Positions 21,958 through 32,122 of a stretch of 64,000 nucleotides of DNA are shown piece by piece; position 1 is the first letter of the stretch; each line of letters begins with the position of its first letter. The position numbers were made by a program, and so were the translations under genes. Location of the stretch: assembly GCA_903824855.1 (NCBI GenBank), contig CAIJYI010000043.1, positions 177 through 64,176 on the forward strand, given 5' to 3'. This DNA comes from an uncultured bacterium (GTDB taxonomy: Bacteria; Patescibacteriota; Minisyncoccia; Phycocordibacterales; CAIJYI01). Below the pieces are notes generated by a model. It did no database searches. It was not told the origin of the DNA and saw only the letters and a program-made list of their open reading frames with translations.

Positions 21958-22518
21958 TTATTCTCCTTTCGCCAAAATGGTTTCAAAAAAACCTTCTCCG
22001 TTGTGTTTTATTTTTCTGACATTTGGAATAGGGAAAATTTCTCCCTGCATAACGATATAAACTCCCGGCGGTAGAGTCTGGCAGGCGATAATGGCGCCGC
22101 CTAAATTAAAAGGGGCATCAGAATCGGGCGCCTTATTCGGGCGCATGGCTCCGGTTAAAACAATGGTTTTATTTTTTATTTTTTCTGAGAGAAGTTCTCC
22201 TGTTTTTGCCATCGTGTCTGTGCCGTGTGTAATCAAAATTCTTTCTCGTGTATCCATAAGGCAAACATCAAGAATCCTTTGTCGGTCTTCATCTGTCATT
22301 TCAAGGCTGTCTTTTTGAGGAAGGATGAAAATATCGGCATCGTCGTTTTTAATTGGCTCGGAGGGAGAGATATCAAGATTTCGCACGCGACCTGTTTTTA
22401 AAATATTTTTTACCGCCGGTTCGCCAAATTCCAAAACCTTACCTTCAGCAAAATCGTATTTTTCCGCATCAATCGTTCCGCCGACGGCAATAATTCTCAT
22501 TGAGTTAATCGGGTTCAT
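21958..22518 (-). CDS. L-asparaginase N-terminal domain family protein (short, 186 aa)
   Basis: IIAVGGTIDA and ITHGTDTM motifs of the asparaginase/GatD N-domain; lacks the C-terminal domain. Confidence 0.55.
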   Translation of the reverse strand: MNPINSMRIIAVGGTIDAEKYDFAEGKVLEFGEPAVKNILKTGRVRNLDISPSEPIKNDDADIFILPQKDSLEMTDEDRQRILDVCLMDTRERILITHGTDTMAKTGELLSEKIKNKTIVLTGAMRPNKAPDSDAPFNLGGAIIACQTLPPGVYIVMQGEIFPIPNVRKIKHNGEGFFETILAKGE

Positions 22519-22526
22519 AGAAATTA

Positions 22527-23177
22527 TTATTTAACATCCGTTCCAAATTTTTTAAAAAGAAAATAGGAATAGATGGTGGTGAAAATTGAGGAAAAAATAA
22601 TCGGCACAATAACAAACCATATTGTGTATTGAGGAAGAAGTAGTCCGATGACGGCCAAGATTCCCGAGTAAACAAAAAGTTTACCGCCGATCTTGTGTGT
22701 TTCGTCCCAGACACGAACACTGGCGAGAGTCCAAGGTGTGCGGAACCCCATGAACCAATTTTGTTTCATTTTTGGCATTGCAATTCCGAGTAATAACCAA
22801 AGGAGTGCCATTGGCGGAACAATCATCACGGTCATATTAAAGGTGAAGCCAAGATTCCAGAAAACGGTGAGCAGATGAATGTAAAAGAGAAAAATAGTAA
22901 CGCCGGCAATTATTGAGTTGTACGATTTTTGAAATAAAGCGATGTTTGCCTTGAGCGGGTCAATCTTCGGAAGAAGAATTAGTAGGGAAGAAATAAAAAT
23001 CATGATGATAGGCATCAGGAAAAGTCCCCAGAATTTTGGCATATAGCCGTTTACTTCGCCGTTCGCTCCCCAGTGCGACGCAATATTTTCGGGGAATTGA
23101 GGATAGAAATAAAAGCCGATAAGAAAAGATGCTACCGTGATTATTCCGATTAACCAATATGTTTGTTTTGTATTCAT
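22527..23177 (-). CDS. SdpI/YhfL-like (DUF1648-type) membrane protein
   Basis: PQFPENIASHWGANGEVNGYMPKFWGLF motif typical of DUF1648/SdpI; multi-TM; the ORF-track N-terminus overlapping pth was trimmed to ATG 23177. Confidence 0.45.
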   Translation of the reverse strand: MNTKQTYWLIGIITVASFLIGFYFYPQFPENIASHWGANGEVNGYMPKFWGLFLMPIIMIFISSLLILLPKIDPLKANIALFQKSYNSIIAGVTIFLFYIHLLTVFWNLGFTFNMTVMIVPPMALLWLLLGIAMPKMKQNWFMGFRTPWTLASVRVWDETHKIGGKLFVYSGILAVIGLLLPQYTIWFVIVPIIFSSIFTTIYSYFLFKKFGTDVK

Positions 23178-23250
23178 AAATATAGAGTACAACAAATTTT
23201 CAGGACTTGTCAATATAATATTATTTTGCAGAGAGTGGTAGAATAGCCAA

Positions 23251-23850
23251 ATGGCATACATCATTGCAGGGCTCGGAAATCCGGGCGAAGAATATTTAAA
23301 TACCAGACACAATACCGGACGCATTATGATCGAACACTTTCGTGAAGCGTTTGATTTTCCTGAATGGAAAGAAGATAAGAAATTGAAAGTTCTTGTTTCG
23401 AAAGGAAAAGTCGGAGAGGAGAGCGTGACGCTTCTCGAGCCGAATAACTTTATGAATAATTCCGGCAAGCAAGTTCTTCCGTTTGTGAAGAGCAAAAAAG
23501 CGGCGGAAAAAACAGTGGTTATTTATGATGATATTGACCTGCCTTTGGGGACGGTGAAAATTTCCTACAATCGAAGTTCCGGTGGACATAACGGTATCGG
23601 TTCTATTATTAAATGTTTGAAGACGCAAGAATTTATTCGTGTGCGCATCGGCGTTTCAAAAGTAGGTGCGAAAGGTCTGGCGAAAAAACCAAAAGGAGAA
23701 GATGCTGTTTTGAAATTCCTCCTCGGAGAATTTAAAAAAGACGAAATGCTGGAATTAAAGAAGATAGAGAAACGAGCCGGTGAAGCGTTAGCCATGATAG
23801 TAACTTCCGGAAGAGAAAAAGCCATGGGAGAAATCAACCGTCTTTCCTAA
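23251..23850 (+). CDS. pth: peptidyl-tRNA hydrolase
   Basis: IIAGLGNPGEEYLNTRHNTG...; Pth family. Confidence 0.9.
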   Translation: MAYIIAGLGNPGEEYLNTRHNTGRIMIEHFREAFDFPEWKEDKKLKVLVSKGKVGEESVTLLEPNNFMNNSGKQVLPFVKSKKAAEKTVVIYDDIDLPLGTVKISYNRSSGGHNGIGSIIKCLKTQEFIRVRIGVSKVGAKGLAKKPKGEDAVLKFLLGEFKKDEMLELKKIEKRAGEALAMIVTSGREKAMGEINRLS

Positions 23851-24076
23851 GAGGTTCAACCTCCGGGACAGAATATAAATATGTGTTGTAATAAAAAGAA
23901 GTCCCGCGGAGATAGCGGGACTTTTTGGTTAAAAAACTTCTTTTTTTAATTCGGAAAATTTTTTTTCCGCTATCATTAAGGAACTGTTGTAATTAAACTT
24001 GATTTAATATATCATAAGAAACAGATTTGTCAATTGATTACTTGAAATAATATTATAACGAGGTATAATCAAAATT

Positions 24077-25711
24077 ATGAAAAAACAAACATATTCGGGT
24101 AATATTGTTGATGTCGTTAAAAATGAAATCTATTCAGGAACGCTCGTTGTTTCTGGCGGGAAGATTACTGAAATTATTCGCGATAAAAAGAAATACAAGA
24201 CCTATTTAATTCCCGGTTTTATTGATTCTCACATTCATACCGAAAGTTCGATGCTTCCGCCTTCTGAATTCGCTCGTGTCGCAGTCTCTCATGGAACGGT
24301 GGCGGTTATGGCTGACCCCCATGAAATTGCGAACGTCCTCGGAATGAAAGGAATGAAATACATGATGGACGACGCTAAAGGTGTGCCGTTCCATTTTTTC
24401 TTTTCCGCTCCTTCTTGTGTTCCTGCGACTACTTTTGAAACGTCGGGCGCCAGTTTAGGTGTTGCTGAAATTGAAGAACTTTGCAAAAATCCGGAAATAA
24501 AATTTCTCGGTGAAATGATGAATTTTTCCGGCGTTATACACGGCGACTCATTAGTGATGGAAAAAATCGCTCTCGCGAAAAGATACGGAAAGCTTGTTGA
24601 TGGTCATTCTCCGGGACTTCGCGGTCCGGATTTGAAAAAATATGTCGGCGCAGGAATTTCCACCGATCATGAAGCGTTCCAAAAAGATGAAGCTCTTGAA
24701 AAACTTTCACTCGGAATGAAAATTCAGATTCGTGAAGGTTCTGCCGTAAAAAATTATGAAGAATTGATTCCGATTGCGGATGAGCATTATGAAAACTGCA
24801 TGCTTTGTTCTGACGACAAACATCCTGATGATTTGGTTAAGAGCCACATCAATGAGCTTGTCGTACGTTCTGTGAAAAAGGGCATTGATGTCATGAAGGT
24901 TCTTCGTATGGCATCGGTTAATCCAATCATGCATTATGGGCTTCCTGTCGGTTTGCTTGGTTTAGGCGACGGTGCTGATTTCATTGAAGTTTCCGATTTG
25001 AAAAAGTTTTCTGTTTTGAAAACGGTTATCGGAGGTGTTGTTGTTGCAAAGAACGGAAAAAGTGCACTCAAAAAGAAACCGGCGAAGCTCGTGAATAATT
25101 TTCACGCAACGGCGAAAAAAGTTTCAGACTTTGCCGTTCCTTCGTTTGAGGGTGAAATGAAAGTTATTGAAGCGACTGACGGTTCACTCATTACCAAGAA
25201 AATTCTTGCGACTCCAAAAATTGAGAAGGGAAATATCATTTCCGATACAAAAAATGATGTCCTCAAAATGGCGGTGGTGAATCGATACAAAAATGAAAAA
25301 CCAGCCGTGGCTTTTATTAAAAACTTCGGTTTGAAAAAAGGCGCTATTGCAAGCTCGGTGGCTCACGATTCTCATAATATCGTTGCCGTAGGAACAACTG
25401 ATCAGGAAATTTGCGATGCCGTAAATTTGATTATTAAAAATAAAGGTGGCGTTTGCGCCGTACAAAAAGGGAAGACAAGTGAAGTCTTGCCTCTTCCGAT
25501 TGCCGGTCTTATGAGCGATGACCGATTTGATATCGTTGCCAAGAAATATACAAAAATCGATAAACTCGCCAAGACTTTCGGTTCCAAACTTCACGCGCCG
25601 TTTATGACCCTTTCCTTTATGGCACTTTTGGTTATTCCTGAAATAAAACTTTCCGACAAAGGACTCTTCGACGGAACAACTTTCCAATTCACAAACGTTT
25701 CAGAAAAATAA
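24077..25711 (+). CDS. ade: adenine deaminase
   Basis: LIPGFIDSHIHTESSML...MADPHEIANV amidohydrolase metal ligands; about 544 aa. Confidence 0.8.
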   Translation: MKKQTYSGNIVDVVKNEIYSGTLVVSGGKITEIIRDKKKYKTYLIPGFIDSHIHTESSMLPPSEFARVAVSHGTVAVMADPHEIANVLGMKGMKYMMDDAKGVPFHFFFSAPSCVPATTFETSGASLGVAEIEELCKNPEIKFLGEMMNFSGVIHGDSLVMEKIALAKRYGKLVDGHSPGLRGPDLKKYVGAGISTDHEAFQKDEALEKLSLGMKIQIREGSAVKNYEELIPIADEHYENCMLCSDDKHPDDLVKSHINELVVRSVKKGIDVMKVLRMASVNPIMHYGLPVGLLGLGDGADFIEVSDLKKFSVLKTVIGGVVVAKNGKSALKKKPAKLVNNFHATAKKVSDFAVPSFEGEMKVIEATDGSLITKKILATPKIEKGNIISDTKNDVLKMAVVNRYKNEKPAVAFIKNFGLKKGAIASSVAHDSHNIVAVGTTDQEICDAVNLIIKNKGGVCAVQKGKTSEVLPLPIAGLMSDDRFDIVAKKYTKIDKLAKTFGSKLHAPFMTLSFMALLVIPEIKLSDKGLFDGTTFQFTNVSEK

Positions 25712-25734
25712 TCATTGTCTGCAAAAACCATCAA

Positions 25735-25770
25735 AAAGCCCCCACGTAATGCGGGGGGCTTTTTTTATTT
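25735..25770. terminator. bidirectional terminator
   Basis: aagcccccacgtaatgcggggggcttttttt. Confidence 0.6.
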
Positions 25771-25794
25771 CGTCGGTAGCTAAAAGCTTCGTTC

Positions 25795-27000
25795 CTATTC
25801 AGCTTTTTTTGCAGGGGCTACTTTGTAGGATAATGCCATTTTCTGATCTTTTGGATCGAAGTGGGTTATCTTGAAAGTGTAGGTTTTTCCGAGCTCGAGA
25901 GAATTTTTGAGGTTCTCTTCAGTGCCGAATTCAGAGAGATGGACTAATCCTGCGACTCCTTCTTCGATGCTGGCGAGTGCTCCGTATTTGTTGTATTTGA
26001 TGATAACTCCTTTTACGTCATCGCCTTTTTTGTAAGTATCTTTCGCGTTGATCCAAGGATTTGCGCGGAGAGCCTTGATGGAGAGGGAAATCTTTCCTCC
26101 TGAAATTTCAATGATTTTTGCTTTAACTTTTTCTCCAACTTTGAAGAGTTTGCGTGGGTCTTCAACGAGTCCCCAATCGAGTTCGCTGATGTGAACGAGT
26201 CCTTCCAATCCTTCTTCAATCTTTACAAAAACTCCGAAGTCAACGATACCGGTGATTTCGCCTTCGACCTCATTGCCGACGACATATTTTTCAACGATAA
26301 CTTCTCGTTCTTTCTGGTCGTTTCCTTTTTCAGTGAAGATGAGTTTTCCTTCTTTTGGTACAGCGGTCAAGATGGTGACGGAAATTTTCTGGCCGATAAG
26401 GCGTTTCAATTCCTCCATAATTTTGACTTTGTCGCCGTCTTCTACTCGAGGATAGTGTTCAGGTCCGAGTTGTGAAGCAGGGAGAAATCCTTGCAAACCT
26501 TTCCAGTCAATAATAAGACCTCCTTTGTTTGCTTCTTTTACTAATACCTTGAGAATAGTTTTGTTTTTCAAAAGAGCTTCAGCTTCGTTCCAGATAATTG
26601 CCTGGTGAGCTTCTTTTAATGAGAGTTCGATATATCCGTCTTCGTTTTCCCTCTCTAAGATTTTTGCGGTAATGGTGTCTCCGATATTAACCTTTCGGAT
26701 AATGTCGCGAGTCATCATGAATTCACGTCCGAATATAATACCGGTACCAAACGGTGCCAAGTCTACATAAAGGGAAGTCTTTTCAATTCCGATAACCGGT
26801 CCTTCAACGATATCTCCTTCTTCAGGATATCTCGTGAGTTTTTCCGTAAATTTCTCCATAACCTCGGAAACGGTTTCCGGTGTTGCGAGAGCTAACTTTT
26901 CACTGGAGCTCTGGGCTTTTTTGCCTTCGCTCGCAGGTACTACCTTAACCGCTTCTTCTTCAGCTGCGATTTCGGTGACGATGGTGTCTGTGTCTGCCAT
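25795..27000 (-). CDS. rpsA: 30S ribosomal protein S1 (four S1-domain form)
   Basis: repeated S1 domains (GDIVEGPVIGIEKTSLYVDL..., GNEVEGEITGIVDFGVFVKI..., GDDVKGVIIKYNKYGALASI...); start at the internal ATG. Confidence 0.8.
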   Translation of the reverse strand: MADTDTIVTEIAAEEEAVKVVPASEGKKAQSSSEKLALATPETVSEVMEKFTEKLTRYPEEGDIVEGPVIGIEKTSLYVDLAPFGTGIIFGREFMMTRDIIRKVNIGDTITAKILERENEDGYIELSLKEAHQAIIWNEAEALLKNKTILKVLVKEANKGGLIIDWKGLQGFLPASQLGPEHYPRVEDGDKVKIMEELKRLIGQKISVTILTAVPKEGKLIFTEKGNDQKEREVIVEKYVVGNEVEGEITGIVDFGVFVKIEEGLEGLVHISELDWGLVEDPRKLFKVGEKVKAKIIEISGGKISLSIKALRANPWINAKDTYKKGDDVKGVIIKYNKYGALASIEEGVAGLVHLSEFGTEENLKNSLELGKTYTFKITHFDPKDQKMALSYKVAPAKKAE

Positions 27001-27271
27001 AATATTAAATGTTCTTAAGGTGGCTACCGATTTCACGTGTGAAATTTCTCACGTGGGAAGGGGTAGGATTACGCCCGAAGAATTTGTTAAAAATATTGCA
27101 AAATGGGCAAAATTTGCTCGTTTGCAACAGTAAGAATAAGTATACCTATTTTATAGAAAATGTACAGTGCGGAACAAGGTTTTAGCTTTTAGCTGATAGC
27201 TTTTAGGTTTGGCACCTTCGGCGCCTGGTGCGATAATAAAAAACCCCGACTTAGCATCAGGGTTTGGTTTA

Positions 27272-27634
27272 TTATTTTTTCTCTTCAACCGGCAAAGGAT
27301 AGAATTCTTCCATGGCTTCTTCGAGTTCTGCGGCGCTGGTGAATACCGGTCCGCCACCCATCATTACTGCCATTTCAAAAACGTTCAAAATCTCTTCGCG
27401 GGTAACACCGAGTTTTTTGCAACTCTTCATATGATAGAGCAAGCAACCGTTACACCGTACGGCGAGAGCAATACCCAAGGCTACCAATTCTTTTGTTTTA
27501 GCAGAAAGAGCGTCGTCTTTCTTGGCTTGTGCTGAAAATTGTAGATAGGCGGTGATAGAGTCGGGAAGGTTTTTCTTTGCAAATGCATACCCTTTGTTGA
27601 TTCTGTTTATTTTCTCTTGAACTGCGCTTGTCAT
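27272..27634 (-). CDS. carboxymuconolactone decarboxylase / AhpD-like protein
   Basis: ...ALAVRCNGCLLYH... CxxC-H CMD motif; AGGAGAtacgcca-ATG RBS; the ORF-track N-terminal extension was rejected. Confidence 0.7.
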   Translation of the reverse strand: MTSAVQEKINRINKGYAFAKKNLPDSITAYLQFSAQAKKDDALSAKTKELVALGIALAVRCNGCLLYHMKSCKKLGVTREEILNVFEMAVMMGGGPVFTSAAELEEAMEEFYPLPVEEKK

Positions 27635-27793
27635 TGGCGTATCTCCTCTGTTGTGTTTGGAACCTAACCGCAGATACTGTATCACGAGAAAAAGTGTCTG
27701 TCTATAGAAAAAAGCGTTCAGGACTTGCATTTTTTTTGAAAGTATGTTATTATCAGATTCTATTAGATACTAGATAAACATATCGCAATATAT

Positions 27794-28381
27794 ATGGGTA
27801 ATTTTAACAGAGGCGACCGTGGCGGAGATCGCGGTGATCGCGGAGGGGATAGAGGAGGAGACAGAGGAGGTTTTCGCAAATCAGGCGGAAATTTCGGACG
27901 ACCGGACTTCCAGAAGAGAAGTTTCGGCGGAAATAGTGGACAAATGCATCAAGCAATCTGTGCTGAATGCAATAAGCCTTGTGAAGTACCATTTCTTCCT
28001 AAAGACGGAAGACCTGTATACTGTTCCGATTGTTTCGGAAAGAAAGGCGGAAGAGACGGAGGTGAAAGAAGCGACAGAGGCGGAAGAGATTTCGCTCCAC
28101 GTTCTTTCCAAAAACCGGCTTTTGAACAGCCTCGCACGGATGGAGACACCAAGAGACGCTTGGAGTCAATCGAGTACAAACTCGACAAAGTTATCCACGC
28201 TGTAGATATGTTACTTGGAGCAAAACTTCCTGCCGTTACTAAAGCGGTAGAAGTAAAAGCAAAAGACGCGGCAAAAATCAAAGAAGAATTGACCGCCGTC
28301 GTTAAAAAAGTTTCAAAAGAAGCAGTGAAAGAAACGAAAACAGCAAAGCCTGCGGCAAAAAAAGCCAAAGCTAAAAAATAA
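27794..28381 (+). CDS. Arg/Gly-rich nucleic-acid-binding-like protein with a C4 zinc ribbon and a Lys/Ala-rich histone-H1-like tail
   Basis: (GDRG)n repeats, CAECNKPCEVPFLPKDGRPVYCSDC, C-terminal ...AKPAAKKAKAKK. Confidence 0.55.
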   Translation: MGNFNRGDRGGDRGDRGGDRGGDRGGFRKSGGNFGRPDFQKRSFGGNSGQMHQAICAECNKPCEVPFLPKDGRPVYCSDCFGKKGGRDGGERSDRGGRDFAPRSFQKPAFEQPRTDGDTKRRLESIEYKLDKVIHAVDMLLGAKLPAVTKAVEVKAKDAAKIKEELTAVVKKVSKEAVKETKTAKPAAKKAKAKK

Positions 28382-28392
28382 GAAATAAATCA

Positions 28393-28437
28393 CTTATAAA
28401 AAAATATCTCCGAGCTTTACCGCTCGGAGATATTTTT
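28393..28437 (+). terminator. terminator
   Basis: atatctccgagctttaccgctcggagatat + T-run. Confidence 0.6.
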
Positions 28438-28526
28438 TTGATTACAGGCCTCTCCTTCGCCGGGGTGACGGGTGTAATCAATTACGATAATTGGTGATAT
28501 ACTATATAAATATAAAAATAAAAAAA

Positions 28527-31500
28527 ATGCCAAGCTTAACAAAATTCGATGAATCGTTCGCGAAGCTTAATCCAAGCCAGAGAAAGGCCGTAGATACAAT
28601 TGATGGGCCGGTGATGGTGGTTGCGGGTCCCGGATCGGGGAAGACGGAAATTCTTTCGCTTCGGGTGGCGAATATTTTGCGACGTACCGATATGTCGCCG
28701 GGAAATATTTTGTGTCTCACTTTTACCGATGCCGCGAGCGTAAATATGCGCAAGCGTTTGGTGGGAATGATTGGTAATAATGCGTATCGTGTTTCTATCA
28801 ATACCTTCCATTCATTCGGCGTGGAAATCATCAACTCATATCCTGAATATTTTTTCGGCGGGGCGTCTCTTTTGCCCGCCGACCAATTAGCCACCATTCG
28901 CATTTTGGAAAATATTTTTTCCGAACTTCCTCATGATAATCCGCTCTCGTCAGTTTTTGATGATTCTTATACCTATCTGAAAGATGTAAAAAGCGCCATC
29001 GGTCATTTGAAAAAAGGAGGGCTTGATCCGGAGGAGTTCAGAGTCATCCTTATAGAAAATGCCAAATTTATTGCCTATGCCAACCCGATACTTTCTCCTG
29101 TTATTTCGGAACGGATTTCGAAAAAAATGTTTCCTGAAATAGAGGCGCTCCTTCCTGAATTACGAAAATATAAAACGGAAAATCTTGAGATGATTCACCC
29201 CTTGCAAAATCTTGTCATTGAATCTCTCAGCCGCGCTGTGAACGAATCAGAAACAGAAGATTCTACTAAACCTTTATCTGAGTGGAAAAAAGAATGGACT
29301 GAAAAAAACGATGACGGACAAACGGTTTTGAAAGGTACAGCAGGACAGATTAAACTTTCCGCGCTCGCGGATGTCTATCAAAAATATCAGGAAGCAATGC
29401 GCAAAGAAGGATATTACGATTTTGACGACATGATTTTGGATGTGATTCATTCGCTCGCAAAAAATGCTTCGCTTCGTTATGAATTACAAGAACGGTATCA
29501 GTATCTTCTCGTTGACGAATTCCAAGACACGAATGATGCCCAGATGAGGCTCATTCGGCTCCTCACAGACGCAGCGGTGAACGAAGGTCGTCCGAATATT
29601 ATGGTGGTGGGAGATGATGATCAGGCGATTTATAAATTCCAAGGTGCTGATATTTCCAACATTCTTTCCTTTAAAGAAATGTATCGCGATCCGATTATCA
29701 TTACGATGACCGATAACTATCGCTCAACACAAAAAATTCTTGATCTCGCTCGGCACATCATTTTGAAAGGTGACGAAAGATTGGAAAACAGGATTCCTGA
29801 AATGGTGAAAGACCTTCGCGCGGGGAATAAAAATATTCCTGAAGGAAACATTGTTCGAAAAAGTTTTCGTACCCGTTTGGACGAGTTTAATTTTATTGCG
29901 AAGGAGATAAAGAAAATAATCACTGAAGGAAAAAATCCTAACGACATTGCCGTCATCTGCCGAAAACACAGCGAGCTTGAAGGTATGGTTCCTTTTCTTA
30001 ATAAACACGGAATTCCTGTAAGATACGATCGAAAGCAAAACGTTTTTCATGAACCGCACGTCAGAGAGCTTATTATTCTTTCACGTTTTATCTCATCACT
30101 CGGAAGAAAAAATGCGGATGAAGCAGACGAATATCTCCCTGAAATTATTGCATTTCCGTTTTGGGGAATACCAAGAAAAATCGCCTGGGAAATTTCTCGT
30201 GATTCCAAACGCGGACGGTGGCTTGACGCGATGACCTCGCACGAAAATATAAAAGTAAAACAGGTTGCAGAATTTCTCATCAATCTCGGTGAACGTTCCA
30301 AAAACGAAACCCTTGAACAAATATTGGACGACCTCATGGGAAGTGATATTGTTTCCGTTGCTTTCACGGAAGACGAGGTTCCTCTGGTACCGAAAACATC
30401 TTCCTTTGGTTTTGTTTCTCCCTTCAAAGAATATTATTTCAGTCCCGAAAAATTCAAAGCCGACAAGTCAGAATTTCTTTTGTTTCTTTCTTCGCTCCGT
30501 GTCTTCGTCGATTCTCTTCGCGAATATAAACAAGGCTCCATGTTGCACATCGATGACCTTGTGGAATTTGTTGATTTACACGAGTCAAATAAAATTGCCG
30601 TTTTGGATGTCAGCCCATTTGTTTCCGGAAATGAATCTGTAACACTTCTCTCTGCTCACGGCGCGAAAGGTTTGGAATATGATACCGTTTTCACTATTTC
30701 TTGCCAGAATGATATGTGGGCAGGTCGAGGAATGTCGTCAAAACTTCCTTTTCCAAAAAACCTCGCACTCTCACCGGCGGGAGACACAACCGACGACCAG
30801 CTTCGCTTGTTTTACGTAGCACTCACACGTGCAAAAAGTCATTTGTATATAACATCTTATGAAATAAAAGAAGACGGAAAAGAATCTCTCCCTTTGGAGT
30901 TTTTGACGATTCCCGATGACGGCGAAAGTTCTGAAGAGGTAAGAAACATGCTTGCGGTGGAAAATCACGAAGAAGAAGACAGTGAAGAAAAGGAAAAGAC
31001 TTTGCTCTTTGAAGCGTGGAAATCATTTTTGGCGCCACCCTTTATCGCCGATGAACAGGCACTTCTACATTCAATCCTTGATGATTACCAAATGAGCGTC
31101 ACTCATTTCAATAATTTCCTCGATGTTCTTCATGGTGGCCCGGAGAAATTCCTGGAGCATAATCTCCTCCGTTTTCCCGAGGCGAAAAGTCCTTCGGGCG
31201 CATTTGGTTCCTCCATTCATAGCACTCTTGAAAAGATTTATACATTCCTCAAACGCGAAGGGAATGTTCCCGATGAGAAAACTATTCTGTCGTGGTTTGA
31301 AGATGAGCTGAAATTCGCGCGACTCTCAAAAAATGATTTCGCTTTCTTCTTAAAAAAAGGAAAAGATGCTCTCACTATTTATCTGAAAGAAAAAGCAGGC
31401 ACATTTGATCCGCTCCATAAGATTGAAGTTGATTTCAAAAGTCAGGGTGTCGTGATTGGTGACGCGAGACTTACCGGAAAGATTGATAAAATGATTCCGG

Positions 31501-31892
31501 AATCAGATGGAAAGTTTTTGGTGGTAGATTTGAAGACAGGAAAATCGTTTGATGAATGGGAAGGAAAAAGTCCTGAGGAAAAAGTGAAAATGTATAAATA
31601 TCGCCGACAGTTGGTATTTTATAAAATTTTGGTGGAGAATTCTCGCGACTATGCAAAATACCGAGTAGAAGAGGGAATGTTGGAATTTGTTGAACCTGAT
31701 AAAAAGGGGAAGATTCACGAGCTTGTTGCCGACATTACGGAAGAAGAAACAAACCATACAAAAGCACTCATCGAAGCAGTCTATAAAAAAATTATGACGT
31801 TAGATTTCCCCGATGTAGAGAAATACAGCAAGGATTTACAAGGAATGATTGATTTTGAAAGTGATTTGTTGGAGGAAGGGAAAAGCTTATAG
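28527..31892 (+). CDS. UvrD/PcrA/AddA-family helicase fused to a C-terminal PD-(D/E)xK (RecB-type) nuclease
   Basis: GPGSGKTEIL (Walker A), LLVDEFQDTN, C-terminal GKIDKM...VVDLKTGK...YRRQLVFY nuclease motifs; start at ATG 28527 after an AT-rich leader. Confidence 0.85.
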   Translation: MPSLTKFDESFAKLNPSQRKAVDTIDGPVMVVAGPGSGKTEILSLRVANILRRTDMSPGNILCLTFTDAASVNMRKRLVGMIGNNAYRVSINTFHSFGVEIINSYPEYFFGGASLLPADQLATIRILENIFSELPHDNPLSSVFDDSYTYLKDVKSAIGHLKKGGLDPEEFRVILIENAKFIAYANPILSPVISERISKKMFPEIEALLPELRKYKTENLEMIHPLQNLVIESLSRAVNESETEDSTKPLSEWKKEWTEKNDDGQTVLKGTAGQIKLSALADVYQKYQEAMRKEGYYDFDDMILDVIHSLAKNASLRYELQERYQYLLVDEFQDTNDAQMRLIRLLTDAAVNEGRPNIMVVGDDDQAIYKFQGADISNILSFKEMYRDPIIITMTDNYRSTQKILDLARHIILKGDERLENRIPEMVKDLRAGNKNIPEGNIVRKSFRTRLDEFNFIAKEIKKIITEGKNPNDIAVICRKHSELEGMVPFLNKHGIPVRYDRKQNVFHEPHVRELIILSRFISSLGRKNADEADEYLPEIIAFPFWGIPRKIAWEISRDSKRGRWLDAMTSHENIKVKQVAEFLINLGERSKNETLEQILDDLMGSDIVSVAFTEDEVPLVPKTSSFGFVSPFKEYYFSPEKFKADKSEFLLFLSSLRVFVDSLREYKQGSMLHIDDLVEFVDLHESNKIAVLDVSPFVSGNESVTLLSAHGAKGLEYDTVFTISCQNDMWAGRGMSSKLPFPKNLALSPAGDTTDDQLRLFYVALTRAKSHLYITSYEIKEDGKESLPLEFLTIPDDGESSEEVRNMLAVENHEEEDSEEKEKTLLFEAWKSFLAPPFIADEQALLHSILDDYQMSVTHFNNFLDVLHGGPEKFLEHNLLRFPEAKSPSGAFGSSIHSTLEKIYTFLKREGNVPDEKTILSWFEDELKFARLSKNDFAFFLKKGKDALTIYLKEKAGTFDPLHKIEVDFKSQGVVIGDARLTGKIDKMIPESDGKFLVVDLKTGKSFDEWEGKSPEEKVKMYKYRRQLVFYKILVENSRDYAKYRVEEGMLEFVEPDKKGKIHELVADITEEETNHTKALIEAVYKKIMTLDFPDVEKYSKDLQGMIDFESDLLEEGKSL

Positions 31893-31950
31893 CTAGGGGT
31901 TAGACACTTCGCCGGTTCTGGGTTGTACAGAGAACCGAAACGTTTGGAAT
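31893..31950. repeat. degenerate partial copy of the TTAGG-type element (gggttagac ... gaaacg) after the helicase gene
   Basis: ctaggggttagacacttcgccggttctgggttgtacagagaaccgaaacg; lacks the C-rich arm. Confidence 0.3.
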
Positions 31951-32122
31951 ATCTCACTAAAATAAGAATTATCGCAAAATCGTGTTTTCTTAAAAACGTT
32001 CCGAAGCGGGGTATAACCCCACTCCGGCGATGAGGATACTTCTCACTTTTCTTGCGCTCTCGCAACATTTGTGCTTATATAAAATTAGGTTCATTTCGTT
32101 TCTCAAAAGAGGAGGACACACC

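Noticed and set aside
22527-23495. Full 322-aa minus-strand ORF
   Set aside because: The first 106 codons overlap the pth gene and its promoter. The SdpI-like domain and a TTGACA...TACTCT promoter start at the internal Met (23177).
27160-27240. Short TTTTAGC tandem motif and GGCACCTTCGGCGCC hairpin between the CMD gene and rpsA
   Set aside because: This is probably part of the CMD terminator and the rpsA promoter or leader. There is too little evidence for a discrete RNA gene.
27819-28368. Overlapping ORFs within the RG-rich gene (27819-28205 +, 27949-28368 -, 27881-28111 -)
   Set aside because: They are frame artefacts of a GC-rich, repetitive (GDRG)n / Lys-Ala coding region. The 27794 frame has the promoter and RBS context and a coherent domain structure.
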